Origin: Methanofastidiosum sp.
GTDB taxonomy: Archaea; Methanobacteriota_B; Thermococci; Methanofastidiosales; Methanofastidiosaceae
Reading direction: 5' to 3'
DNA: 64,000 nt
NCBI GenBank assembly: GCA_013178285.1
Contig: JABLXD010000007.1
Location: 18,093-82,092 of the forward strand
The notes under the pieces were generated by a model. It did not search any database and was not told the origin of the DNA. It was given only the letters and a program-made list of their open reading frames with translations. The position numbers and the translations under genes were made by a program. Below are positions 51,443 through 60,118 of the stretch, piece after piece. How positions within the stretch are numbered: position 1 is the first letter of the stretch; every line of letters starts with the position of its first letter.

Positions 51443-51956
51443 GAATATTTTTACCTTTTTCGGAAGGAACTATTTTTAATTTTGCATTTTTAAATTCTTT
51501 TTTAATCTCTTTTCCATCATAAAGCCTATCTAAAAATAGGGCTAATGCAGATATTTCAGAATGGGGTTGATTTGTCACTGAAAGATTATACGTTGACATT
51601 TCATAAATGTCCTTTGGAACTTTTTCTGCTCCAATTACTATCATAAGGTTTTTATTATTTTTAAAAACAGAATCTTTAATCTCTTCAATTTTATCTTCAA
51701 ACGGAATCCCATACATAGTCAAGTGCACAGATATTCCTTCAAATTTTTTGAAAGCTTGTTTGTATGTTTCAAAATTGACGGAAAAATCTCCGCCCCACCG
51801 CTTACATACACTATCCAAACTTTTTTTTATTTTTTCATCCTTTTCCCAAATAGAAATTGAATTGGCCCCAAAGGTTCTAGAAACTAAGGCAACGTGAGTT
51901 GTGATACGATGATCTCTTTCGGGCCTGTGGCCAATTCTAAGAACTGTGATGCTCAT
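51420..51956 (-). CDS. tRNA (cytidine56-2'-O)-methyltransferase (archaeal SPOUT enzyme aTrm56)
   Basis: The N-terminus ITVLRIGHRPERDHRITTHVALVSRTFGA is the aTrm56 signature, and the protein is 178 aa. Confidence 0.8.
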   Translation of the reverse strand: MSITVLRIGHRPERDHRITTHVALVSRTFGANSISIWEKDEKIKKSLDSVCKRWGGDFSVNFETYKQAFKKFEGISVHLTMYGIPFEDKIEEIKDSVFKNNKNLMIVIGAEKVPKDIYEMSTYNLSVTNQPHSEISALALFLDRLYDGKEIKKEFKNAKLKIVPSEKGKNILTEETAK

Positions 51957-52174
51957 TTTTTGATCATTGTAGAGGACATTTGTACACCAGGAACTCTTCT
52001 AATAGAGCTGGTGAGTATATCAAGCTCTCCTAATTCTTTTACGTTAACTTTAACAATCATATCATATTCGCCATAGAGCTCATGTACTTCAATCACATTC
52101 TTCATGTTAGAAATTTTTTCAATGACATCTTCTTCAGTTCCGGGTTGTACAACACAAAGTATAAATGCTATCAT
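51953..52174 (-). CDS. Standalone Lrp/AsnC C-terminal (RAM) ligand-binding domain protein
   Basis: The 73 aa protein has the beta-alpha-beta-beta-alpha-beta pattern typical of RAM domains (VKVNVKELGELDIL...IRRVPGV). Confidence 0.6.
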   Translation of the reverse strand: MIAFILCVVQPGTEEDVIEKISNMKNVIEVHELYGEYDMIVKVNVKELGELDILTSSIRRVPGVQMSSTMIKK

Positions 52175-52238
52175 TTTTATCCCTTCTTTTTTAAATTTAA
52201 CATATTTTTAAACTTTTTGCATGATGGTTGCCATTTGT

Positions 52239-53018
52239 CTATATTATGCCATAAAATTCAGGCTTTCTATCGTTAAATATGTTATTTTTTGGATTAAGAT
52301 TTTTATCTCTTGCTTTTAATGGATCTACTTCAACTTCATAGCTCTCCTGTTTAGCTTCTGAAGCTCTGAAAATAATCTTCCCATCTGGACCTACAATCTG
52401 GCTCTGCCCAATAAATTTTAATCCCCTTTCTTCACCAACCCTATTTGAGGTAATAGAGTAAACTCTGTTTTGAAGGCATATAGTTTTCATTGCTTCTGGG
52501 CAGTAAGGCATAACCAGATTAGCAGGATGGCATAGTATATCTGCCCCCATGAGTGACAAAGTTCTAGTAGATTCAGGAAAAAACCAATCAAAACAGATCA
52601 TTGTGCCAATTTTAATTCCTTCCACTTCAAATATTTTAAATCCTAAATCGCCAGGAATGAAATAATCCTTCTCATCAAAGAAAAGATGTATTTTTCTGTA
52701 TTTTCCAATATATTCTCCCTTACTAACAACGGCCAGAGAATTATATAATCCCTTTTCTGTTTTTTCAGATAGTCCAAAAACAATTGTTTTATCGTTGCCC
52801 TCAGTAAAATCTTTCAATGTTTTTGTTGTATAGCCATCTGGGATATTTTCAGAAACTTCTAAGACTTCATTCTTATTTTTAAAATTATAGCCAGTATTAA
52901 AAAGTTCGGGTAAAACTATCAATGATGCCTCGTTTTTTTCCATCAATTTGATTGCATTGTCCACATTCTTTTTAACGTCAAGTAGCTCTATATTCATCTG
53001 GATAAATCCTACTTTCAT
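52239..53018 (-). CDS. Carbon-nitrogen hydrolase (nitrilase superfamily)
   Basis: It has the catalytic triad context: E (VLPELF), K (GKYRKIHLF) and C (IGTMICFD). Confidence 0.8.
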   Translation of the reverse strand: MKVGFIQMNIELLDVKKNVDNAIKLMEKNEASLIVLPELFNTGYNFKNKNEVLEVSENIPDGYTTKTLKDFTEGNDKTIVFGLSEKTEKGLYNSLAVVSKGEYIGKYRKIHLFFDEKDYFIPGDLGFKIFEVEGIKIGTMICFDWFFPESTRTLSLMGADILCHPANLVMPYCPEAMKTICLQNRVYSITSNRVGEERGLKFIGQSQIVGPDGKIIFRASEAKQESYEVEVDPLKARDKNLNPKNNIFNDRKPEFYGII

Positions 53019-53040
53019 AAAGCTATTTTAGAATTAATAA

Positions 53041-53721
53041 TTAAAAAGACTTTCTTCCAATGAAGACAATATATCGCCCAAATCTATTTAGTATCGGTAG
53101 AAATATCAACTTTGGATACAACGACCCAATTCTTTTTGTATAATCCTTGAATGTGGCATCTATTTCCTTTTTTGAATAGTACCTTATCCTCACAGATATT
53201 TTCTTTCCACCAGAGTATACGGATAATTTTCCTTTCCTTTTTTTTATGGCCCTCATGGGATTTTTTCCTTCTTTAACTGATTTCATTATCCAAGACATAT
53301 TATAGATATTGCCAACTGTAAATACCAAATAACCGTCTTTTTTTAAGCAGAAGTCTGAGCACTCTTTAAAATTTGAGATATTTGCATGATTCAAGGGGCC
53401 AAAAACCGATATAATATTGTCGAAGGTATTCCCCTTAAATGGAAGTTTTTCCATGTCTGCTACTAGGTAGTAGTTTCCATTCTTGCCATTCTTTGCTTTT
53501 TTAACCATTTCGTAAGATATGTCAGCAGAGATTACTTCGTGCCCTTTATTTTTCAATAATCTCGAGTGATGCCCTGTTCCGCACCCAATATCTAAAGTCA
53601 GACCTAAAGGTAAATTTGAAAGAATCTTTTCTTCTTCCATTCTCATTTTTATATTTAAATTATCAGAATATCTTGAATCATAGTCTTGGGAGAGGGAATC
53701 ATAAAAACGTCTCTTATCCAT
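53041..53721 (-). CDS. Class I SAM-dependent methyltransferase
   Basis: It has motif I LDIGCGTGHHS and motif II/III spacing. Confidence 0.75.
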   Translation of the reverse strand: MDKRRFYDSLSQDYDSRYSDNLNIKMRMEEEKILSNLPLGLTLDIGCGTGHHSRLLKNKGHEVISADISYEMVKKAKNGKNGNYYLVADMEKLPFKGNTFDNIISVFGPLNHANISNFKECSDFCLKKDGYLVFTVGNIYNMSWIMKSVKEGKNPMRAIKKRKGKLSVYSGGKKISVRIRYYSKKEIDATFKDYTKRIGSLYPKLIFLPILNRFGRYIVFIGRKSF

Positions 53722-53820
53722 TTAATCCTATCCTGATATCTTTTTGAGTATAGTCTTTATAGAAGATTATCATAAAATTTTATAAACTAATCCTTTAGAA
53801 GCAGTAAAAGAGTTGCCATT

Positions 53821-54702
53821 ATGAGAAAAATAGGATTTTTTTTATTACTAATCATAGTTTCTTCGGCATGTGTACAATTTACCCCAAGTCAAACGAATGA
53901 GAAAAATTATAGCGTTAAGGAAAATAGTATTATTCCGCCAAAAAAGTATTCAATAGATGACTCTGATATCACCCTTACTTACTATGGGACAATTGATGGG
54001 GTTGAGCTTGGATACCAGATTGCGCCACACAATGTTGCCATGAAATCTTTAGAGGCTTTTTATCGATATCATGATACTGGGAACGAATCTTATCTAACTA
54101 GAGGATTATATCTAGCAGACTGGCTTATGGAGAATGCTGAGTACAGGGATAATGGAACTTTTGTAGTTTGGACATACGATTATCCTTGGCCCCCCTACGA
54201 CCTTAAAGAAGGGTGGACTGGATCCCTAAATCAAGCAACAATAATAAAAGCCCTTTCATTTGCACATTTATATTCTAAGGACGAAAAATATAAGCAAATG
54301 ATTGACAAAAGCCTTAATGCTTTTGAAGTTGAGGTTAAGGATGGTGGGCTCAGGATGATTAGAGAAGATGAAGGCAAGTATTATGTGTGGTACCCAGAGT
54401 ATGCAAAAGAAACTCCCCCTTATGTTCTTAATGGATTTATTACAGTGATTGTTCGTTTGAGAGAGTATTATCTTATTTCAACTGATAAGAAAGCAGAGAG
54501 ACTTTATCTTGAAGGTCTAGCTTCTCTTGAACATTATTTACCAGAATACGATGCCGGAAACAAAAAAAGTTACTACGATGCAATGGGGAATATAGCAAAT
54601 GATCACTACCATGAAATGCATGTTGCCCAATTAGATTCATTATACCAATATACCAAAAATCCAATATTTAGAGAATACAAAGAAAAGTGGGAAAGAAAAT
54701 AA
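53821..54702 (+). CDS. Hypothetical secreted/lipoprotein (293 aa), aromatic-rich
   Basis: The leader is MRKIGFFLLLIIVSSAC. I recognise no catalytic motif. Confidence 0.4.
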   Translation: MRKIGFFLLLIIVSSACVQFTPSQTNEKNYSVKENSIIPPKKYSIDDSDITLTYYGTIDGVELGYQIAPHNVAMKSLEAFYRYHDTGNESYLTRGLYLADWLMENAEYRDNGTFVVWTYDYPWPPYDLKEGWTGSLNQATIIKALSFAHLYSKDEKYKQMIDKSLNAFEVEVKDGGLRMIREDEGKYYVWYPEYAKETPPYVLNGFITVIVRLREYYLISTDKKAERLYLEGLASLEHYLPEYDAGNKKSYYDAMGNIANDHYHEMHVAQLDSLYQYTKNPIFREYKEKWERK

Positions 54703-54705
54703 ATT

Positions 54706-56376
54706 CTAGTAACCTGAATCCTGCCTCTCTGTTGTCTCAAAAGTCGTTTGATCCTTCTTCATAGTTTCAGATATTTTTATTGTTTCCTTTCTAATTTCTT
54801 CTAGCTCTGAGAAAATCATTTTTTCTTTTATTTTTTCTGGAGGTCCAATTTCTACTATGTTTCCTTCAAGTAAGAAACAAGACCTGTCACAGGCATCGAC
54901 AACAAAGTCCGAGTCATGAGTTATTATAATGAAAGTTTGGTCTAAATATTCCCTTGATTTTCTTATTGCATTTGCAATTTCTTTTGTCCCCCTTGGCTCA
55001 TCAAGAATAACAAGATTTGGTTCCTTTATCAAAATCTGTGCCAAAGCAACTGTATGCCGCTCACCTTCAGAAAGCGATTCAGGTGTTTTATGGATAATTT
55101 CTTCGATTTTATTTTTATTAAATCCTACTGCCTCTAGGACATCAGATACTTTTTTTGTTGCTATTTCTATGGGGAGCTTTAATCCAATTGACTCAGTTAA
55201 ATTGTCAAAAACAGTTTTATTTTGGTAGAGAGAGTATTCCTGGTGCAAAATTCCTATATAGGGTGCTGCCCTTATTCTACCTGAAGAGCCATCTTCTTTC
55301 ATATTTATCCATTCATCACCAATTCTAAGTTTAAATTCTCCTTCTTTAAAAGGAATTAACCCCCCTATAATCTTAGAAACGGTAGTTTTCCCAGCCCCAC
55401 TCTTACCTACAATACCAAAGATCTCTTTCTCATTGACGGTAAGGGAGAAATTATCAACGGCTTTAATTACTCCCCTTGATATAGAATAAAAGTATTTTTT
55501 TACATTGACTAGGGATATCATCTCTTTTCCAGTTTCTGTAAAAATCAATTTATAATCGTCTGTGGGATTTATATCTTCTACGATTAGATTGGACGAATCT
55601 AATTCTTCAGTTATCTTTCCTTTGTCAAGAACTAATGCCCTCTCAGTGACTTTGCTAATTATAGAAGATTTTTGAGATGCAACTACTAGACTTTTACTAT
55701 CATTCTTAAAAATGCTAATTAATGTCTTTTCAATAATATCTGAAGTAACAGGATCAAGAGTTTCTGTTGGCTCATCAGCAAACAATACTATTGGATCTAA
55801 TGCGAGTTGCCTAGCTAAAACAAGTCTTTGCTTCTCTCCCCCAGAGAGGTCTCTTGCAACATGAGTCATCCTATGTATCAAGTTAACTTTCTGAAGAATT
55901 TCAATTATTCTAGAATTGATTTCTTTTTCTGGTAATTGCATGTCTACGAATACTTCGTACATGTTTTCAATTACAGATCTCTGCCCGAAAAGTGCAAATG
56001 TTCTCTGAAACATTATCGCCGTTCTTCTCTTCAGCATATTGAAAAATTCAGCGTCTTTCCAAAAATTTATTTTTTTGGGAACGTATTCAGAATTACATTT
56101 AAGGCATTTATTTCCTGCATAGCTTGGGAGATTGATATGTTTACATTTTGGACAATATGAAACAAAGTAGTATACATTTCCCTTTGAAGGGGCGTAACCC
56201 TTTGTACCCCTTAAGATATTGAGTAAAACTGATTTTCCGCTACCTGTAGGGCCATATAACCCTAAGGAATCTCCTTCTTTAATTGAAAAAGAAATATTAT
56301 CCAATATTACTACGTCGTCAACAATAAATGAAAGATTTTCAACTTGAATTAGATTGTGCTTCATTTTAATCCCCAA
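54706..56376 (-). CDS. ABC-type ATPase with two tandem nucleotide-binding domains and a zinc-ribbon insertion in NBD1 (AtwA/EcfA-fusion-like)
   Basis: NBD1 has GPTGSGKS, LSGGEKQRLVLARQL and ADEPTETLD. NBD2 has GKSGAGKT, LSEGERHTVALAQIL and ILDEP. It has the insertion CPKCKHINLPSYAGNKCLKC. Confidence 0.75.
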   Translation of the reverse strand: MGIKMKHNLIQVENLSFIVDDVVILDNISFSIKEGDSLGLYGPTGSGKSVLLNILRGTKGYAPSKGNVYYFVSYCPKCKHINLPSYAGNKCLKCNSEYVPKKINFWKDAEFFNMLKRRTAIMFQRTFALFGQRSVIENMYEVFVDMQLPEKEINSRIIEILQKVNLIHRMTHVARDLSGGEKQRLVLARQLALDPIVLFADEPTETLDPVTSDIIEKTLISIFKNDSKSLVVASQKSSIISKVTERALVLDKGKITEELDSSNLIVEDINPTDDYKLIFTETGKEMISLVNVKKYFYSISRGVIKAVDNFSLTVNEKEIFGIVGKSGAGKTTVSKIIGGLIPFKEGEFKLRIGDEWINMKEDGSSGRIRAAPYIGILHQEYSLYQNKTVFDNLTESIGLKLPIEIATKKVSDVLEAVGFNKNKIEEIIHKTPESLSEGERHTVALAQILIKEPNLVILDEPRGTKEIANAIRKSREYLDQTFIIITHDSDFVVDACDRSCFLLEGNIVEIGPPEKIKEKMIFSELEEIRKETIKISETMKKDQTTFETTERQDSGY

Positions 56377-56500
56377 GAATTACTATTAATAAATCGACAA
56401 TCAATAAAAAGATTTTGATTCTGATAGAGATGCAAAGCTTATAATCTTATTTTTTTGAAGTAAATATAATAAGAAAAAACGTATAAATTATAGGGAAAAA

Positions 56501-56656
56501 ATTACTTTATAATTTTACTAATGTTATAACCGGTTGTAATATAATCCAAAACTAGCAAACTTGTCTTATATTACAAGCCTTATATTGGATAAACTTCTTT
56601 CCCTATTTTCCCTAATTTTTTCCATATCCTTAAATATATGGAAACGATGAAATTAA
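56501..56656 (+). repeat. Intergenic module A, copy 2 (156 bp)
   Basis: It has the same length as copy 1 and is collinear with it. It is identical except for a few flank substitutions and the 21 nt hairpin loop (56545-56565). Confidence 0.85.
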
Positions 56657-58066
56657 ATGAATAGAATGCGAACTGAAGCCGATTTATCGCGCCCACCATT
56701 AATAATATTGATATCCCTAGTACTGGGAATTATCTTAACTGGAATTACAAAGACATACTATGGGCAACCTAAATCCATGAATATTATTTACATTTCAATA
56801 TTGCTTTATATTTTAATCATCGTAACTATTGCCTTGGCTTTATACAAAGGGCTAATAACAGAGATGAGGCACAATATATTTTCAAGGAAGAAAGCATTTG
56901 TCAATGATGAAGAAGAGCCTGAGGATAGTATATATCTAGAAAATATGGAGGGCGGTAAGGATTGCTGTCCTTATTGTAATAAAGAAATATTTGACTACTG
57001 GGATATCTGTCTTTATTGTGGGAATAGTTTGAAGTATAAGAGCAGGTTCAGATTTCTAAACACTAGAAATTTATTTTCAGCAAATAAAGCATCAAGCGAT
57101 TACGAAGAAGATCCTGAAGATAGCATAGATTCAGACGATATGGATGATGATAAGGATTACTGCCCCTACTGTAATGAGGAAATATATGGCAGTTGGGACA
57201 TTTGTCTGCATTGTGGAAAAAATCTAGAATTAAAGAAAGGCATAATTTACAAATTCAAGAATCCCATTTCTATTTTATCTATACTCCTGATAGCTTTTAT
57301 GATAATATGGGCCATAACACTATCCTTTGCTCCAAATGCTGAAGAATATACTATGGAAGGAAATTCATTATACAATCAAGGAAAATACGACGAGGCTCTA
57401 GAGAAGTTTGATAAGGCTTTAGAGATAAATCCTAATTTTGCTTATGCATGGGAAGGCAAGGGTCTTGTACTTCATAATAAAGGAAAATACGACGAGGCTA
57501 TTGAATGTTATGATAGAGCTATTGCCATAAATCCTAATTTTGCTCAGGTTTGGTATAACAAAGGACTTGCATTTGAAGAGCAGAGTAATTATATTAAATC
57601 TATAGAATGCTATGATAAGGCAATTTCAATAGATTTAAACTATATTTACGCGTGGGAAGGAAAGGGAATAGTATTTTATATACAAGGTAATTATCCCCTA
57701 GCGATCGAATGCTATGATAAGGCAATTGCCATAAATCCAAACTATGCATCCGCATGGGTTAACAAAGGGGCTGCTTTTTTAATACAAGGAAAATACGATG
57801 AAGCTATTGAATGCTTTGACAAAGCGATTGTTATAGATCCTAATTTTGCTTATGCTTGGTGTAACAAGGGACTTATACTTGGAGCTCAAGGCAAATACGA
57901 TGAAGCTATTAAATACTATGATAGAGCTATTTTAATCAATCCAAATTTTGCTTTTGCATGGTATAACAAAGGACTTGCACTTAAAAAACAAGGTTTGTAT
58001 TTTGAATCCATTATATGTTTTCAAAAGGCAAAAGAACTTGGTTACAAAGAATCGGCCAATCTATAG
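56657..58066 (+). CDS. Membrane protein with two tandem zinc-ribbon/acidic modules and about 7 C-terminal TPR repeats
   Basis: It has an N-terminal TM helix, then the duplicated module EEEPEDSIY..CCPYCNKEIFDYWDICLYCGNSL and EEDPEDSID..YCPYCNEEIYGSWDICLHCGKNL, a second TM helix, and repeated 34-aa units (W-GKG--L---G-Y-EAIECYDKAI-INPN-A-AW). Confidence 0.65.
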   Translation: MNRMRTEADLSRPPLIILISLVLGIILTGITKTYYGQPKSMNIIYISILLYILIIVTIALALYKGLITEMRHNIFSRKKAFVNDEEEPEDSIYLENMEGGKDCCPYCNKEIFDYWDICLYCGNSLKYKSRFRFLNTRNLFSANKASSDYEEDPEDSIDSDDMDDDKDYCPYCNEEIYGSWDICLHCGKNLELKKGIIYKFKNPISILSILLIAFMIIWAITLSFAPNAEEYTMEGNSLYNQGKYDEALEKFDKALEINPNFAYAWEGKGLVLHNKGKYDEAIECYDRAIAINPNFAQVWYNKGLAFEEQSNYIKSIECYDKAISIDLNYIYAWEGKGIVFYIQGNYPLAIECYDKAIAINPNYASAWVNKGAAFLIQGKYDEAIECFDKAIVIDPNFAYAWCNKGLILGAQGKYDEAIKYYDRAILINPNFAFAWYNKGLALKKQGLYFESIICFQKAKELGYKESANL

Positions 58067-58100
58067 TTTATTAAGTTAAACTTAATAATTTTACTAAGTT
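58062..58100 (+). repeat. Intergenic module B, copy 2
   Basis: TATAGTTTATTAAGTTAAACTTAATAATTTTACTAAGTT overlaps the TAG stop of the TPR gene and matches 17761-17797. Confidence 0.7.
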
Positions 58101-58226
58101 TATTATCCTAGCATAATTTTTTATCTAATTAAGGAAATTATACTAAGACTAATCCAGACCCTATACCCAAAAATTAATCAGTATTTAGATAGATTTTAAA
58201 TATATCTTAAACCTCTTTTATTATAG

Positions 58227-59807
58227 TTGAGGGATTTTGTGATATCTAAATCGGGTAAGGACTTTGACATAATATTAATTACGGCAGAGTATTACGACGA
58301 TCACCCATTATCTCCTTCAGGAGTTATCTCAAGAGTCCTAGAAAGTAAAGGTTACAAAATCGGGATTATAGAAAAACCCTTAACAAAAGAAGATTACCTG
58401 AAACTTGGAACGCCAAAATTATTCTTTGCTGTTACGTCTGGATCTATAGATAGCATGCTCCATAACTATACGCCATTAAAAAAAAAGAGATCAGAAGACC
58501 CGCACTCTAACTTATCTTTGATGCCTGATAGGGCTTTGATAGTATACTGTAACAAGATTAGAGAATACTTCAAGTCGGCAGTGATTGTTATAGGTGGAAT
58601 AGAAGCTTCAATGAGGAGATTTGCCCATTATGATTACTGGAACAATGATATCAGAAGGAGCATTATCTTTGATACTCGAGCAAACATTTTAGTATATGGA
58701 AATGGAGAAAAACAAATTCTTGAAATAGCAGAAAGATCAAGAAAAGGCATCGAACTTAAAGGAATTCCAGGGACATGCATCATAAGTAAAACTTTGGATG
58801 AAGGATTCGAACTGCTTCCTTCGTTTGAAGAAGTAAAAGAAGATCCACTAAAATTTTGTGAAATGCAGAAACTACTTTCAAATAAGAAGAATTTAGCCCA
58901 GTTCTACGATAATAACTATCTCCTTCAATACTCTTATCCAGAATACACAACAGAAGACCTAGATTGGATATACTCACTACCATATTCAAGGAGACTTCAT
59001 CCTAATTCTCTTTTAAAGATGGCAAAATTTTCAGTTGTTACTCATAGAGGTTGTATAGGTAATTGTAATTTTTGCTCACTTAAACTCCACCAAGGAGATA
59101 AAATAGTTTCAAGGAGTGAACGTTCAATCTTAAAAGAAATAGAATCACTAACATCTCATCCAGATTTTAAAGGATATATAGATGATCTTGGTGGGCCTTC
59201 TGCAAATATGTATGGGATGGATTGTGCAGATAAATGCAATCAAGAATGCATTAACTGTAATAAACTAGACAAAAGCCATATGAAATTAATCTCGCTTTTA
59301 AAAAAAGCTAGGGCGATTAAAGGTGTTAAGAAAATATTTGTCAGAAGTGGCATAAGATATGACCTTGCAATAGAAAGTAAGGAATACATCAAAGAACTAT
59401 CAGAGCACCACATATCTGGCTGTCTTAAAATAGCGCCTGAACATTTTTCTGAAAAAGTTTTGACACTTATGAATAAGGATAATTCGAGATTTGATGAATT
59501 TGTTTCTTTCTTTGATAGTATTAACAAAGATAAAAAACAGTATCTTAAGTATTATCTAATGATTTGCCACCCAGGCGATGATGAGAAAGAAATAATGAAA
59601 TTAAAGGAAAAAATAAGTTACCTGTCAAACATTGAAAGGTTTCAAGTTTTTACACCGACGCCCATGACAAATTCCACATGTGTCTATTGGACTGGGATAG
59701 ATCCAAATAGCATGAAAAGAGTTAACGTCATACATGACTACAAAACAAAAAAGAAATTAAAACGCATAATACTACAAGAAATTGATAACAAAAAATCTCG
59801 TAGTTAA
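58227..59807 (+). CDS. YgiQ/UPF0313-family radical SAM protein
   Basis: It has the radical SAM triad CIGNCNFC (C-x3-C-x2-C) and an N-terminal B12-binding-like/Rossmann domain. It starts at TTG. Confidence 0.75.
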   Translation: MRDFVISKSGKDFDIILITAEYYDDHPLSPSGVISRVLESKGYKIGIIEKPLTKEDYLKLGTPKLFFAVTSGSIDSMLHNYTPLKKKRSEDPHSNLSLMPDRALIVYCNKIREYFKSAVIVIGGIEASMRRFAHYDYWNNDIRRSIIFDTRANILVYGNGEKQILEIAERSRKGIELKGIPGTCIISKTLDEGFELLPSFEEVKEDPLKFCEMQKLLSNKKNLAQFYDNNYLLQYSYPEYTTEDLDWIYSLPYSRRLHPNSLLKMAKFSVVTHRGCIGNCNFCSLKLHQGDKIVSRSERSILKEIESLTSHPDFKGYIDDLGGPSANMYGMDCADKCNQECINCNKLDKSHMKLISLLKKARAIKGVKKIFVRSGIRYDLAIESKEYIKELSEHHISGCLKIAPEHFSEKVLTLMNKDNSRFDEFVSFFDSINKDKKQYLKYYLMICHPGDDEKEIMKLKEKISYLSNIERFQVFTPTPMTNSTCVYWTGIDPNSMKRVNVIHDYKTKKKLKRIILQEIDNKKSRS

Positions 59808-59896
59808 ATTTCATACAATGCCTCATCAGTAAATTTTAAATATATTATTCGCCTATAGTAATAGAATAAAAATATCAAAAAAGGAAGTATTTATTA

Positions 59897-60061
59897 ATGA
59901 GTGAAAAAACAATGGAAGGTTTTAGAGGAGAATTCCGGGAAATGCATGAAGCTGTCTGTTCTGAGTGTGGCAATATGACAAAAGTTCCATTTAAACCTGA
60001 CGGGATAAGGCCAGTTTATTGTAAGGATTGCTATAAAAAAAGAAGGGCTAGAAAGTATTAA
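59897..60061 (+). CDS. Small zinc-ribbon protein (54 aa)
   Basis: It has CSECGNMTKVPFKPDGIRPVYCKDCYKK (C-x2-C-x17-C-x2-C) and a basic C-terminus. It is not in the ORF track, which has a 60 aa cutoff. Confidence 0.5.
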   Translation: MSEKTMEGFRGEFREMHEAVCSECGNMTKVPFKPDGIRPVYCKDCYKKRRARKY

Positions 60062-60118
60062 TAACGTCTATTGAATTCAAATAAATATACTCTTGTTAGA
60101 TTGTAAAATAAATAAGGA

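Noticed and set aside
58795-58815. tRNA T-arm-like sequence GGATTCGAACT
   Set aside because: It is inside the radical SAM CDS and has no flanking acceptor/anticodon stem complementarity. No GC-rich island typical of an archaeal tRNA in an AT-rich genome was seen anywhere in the window.
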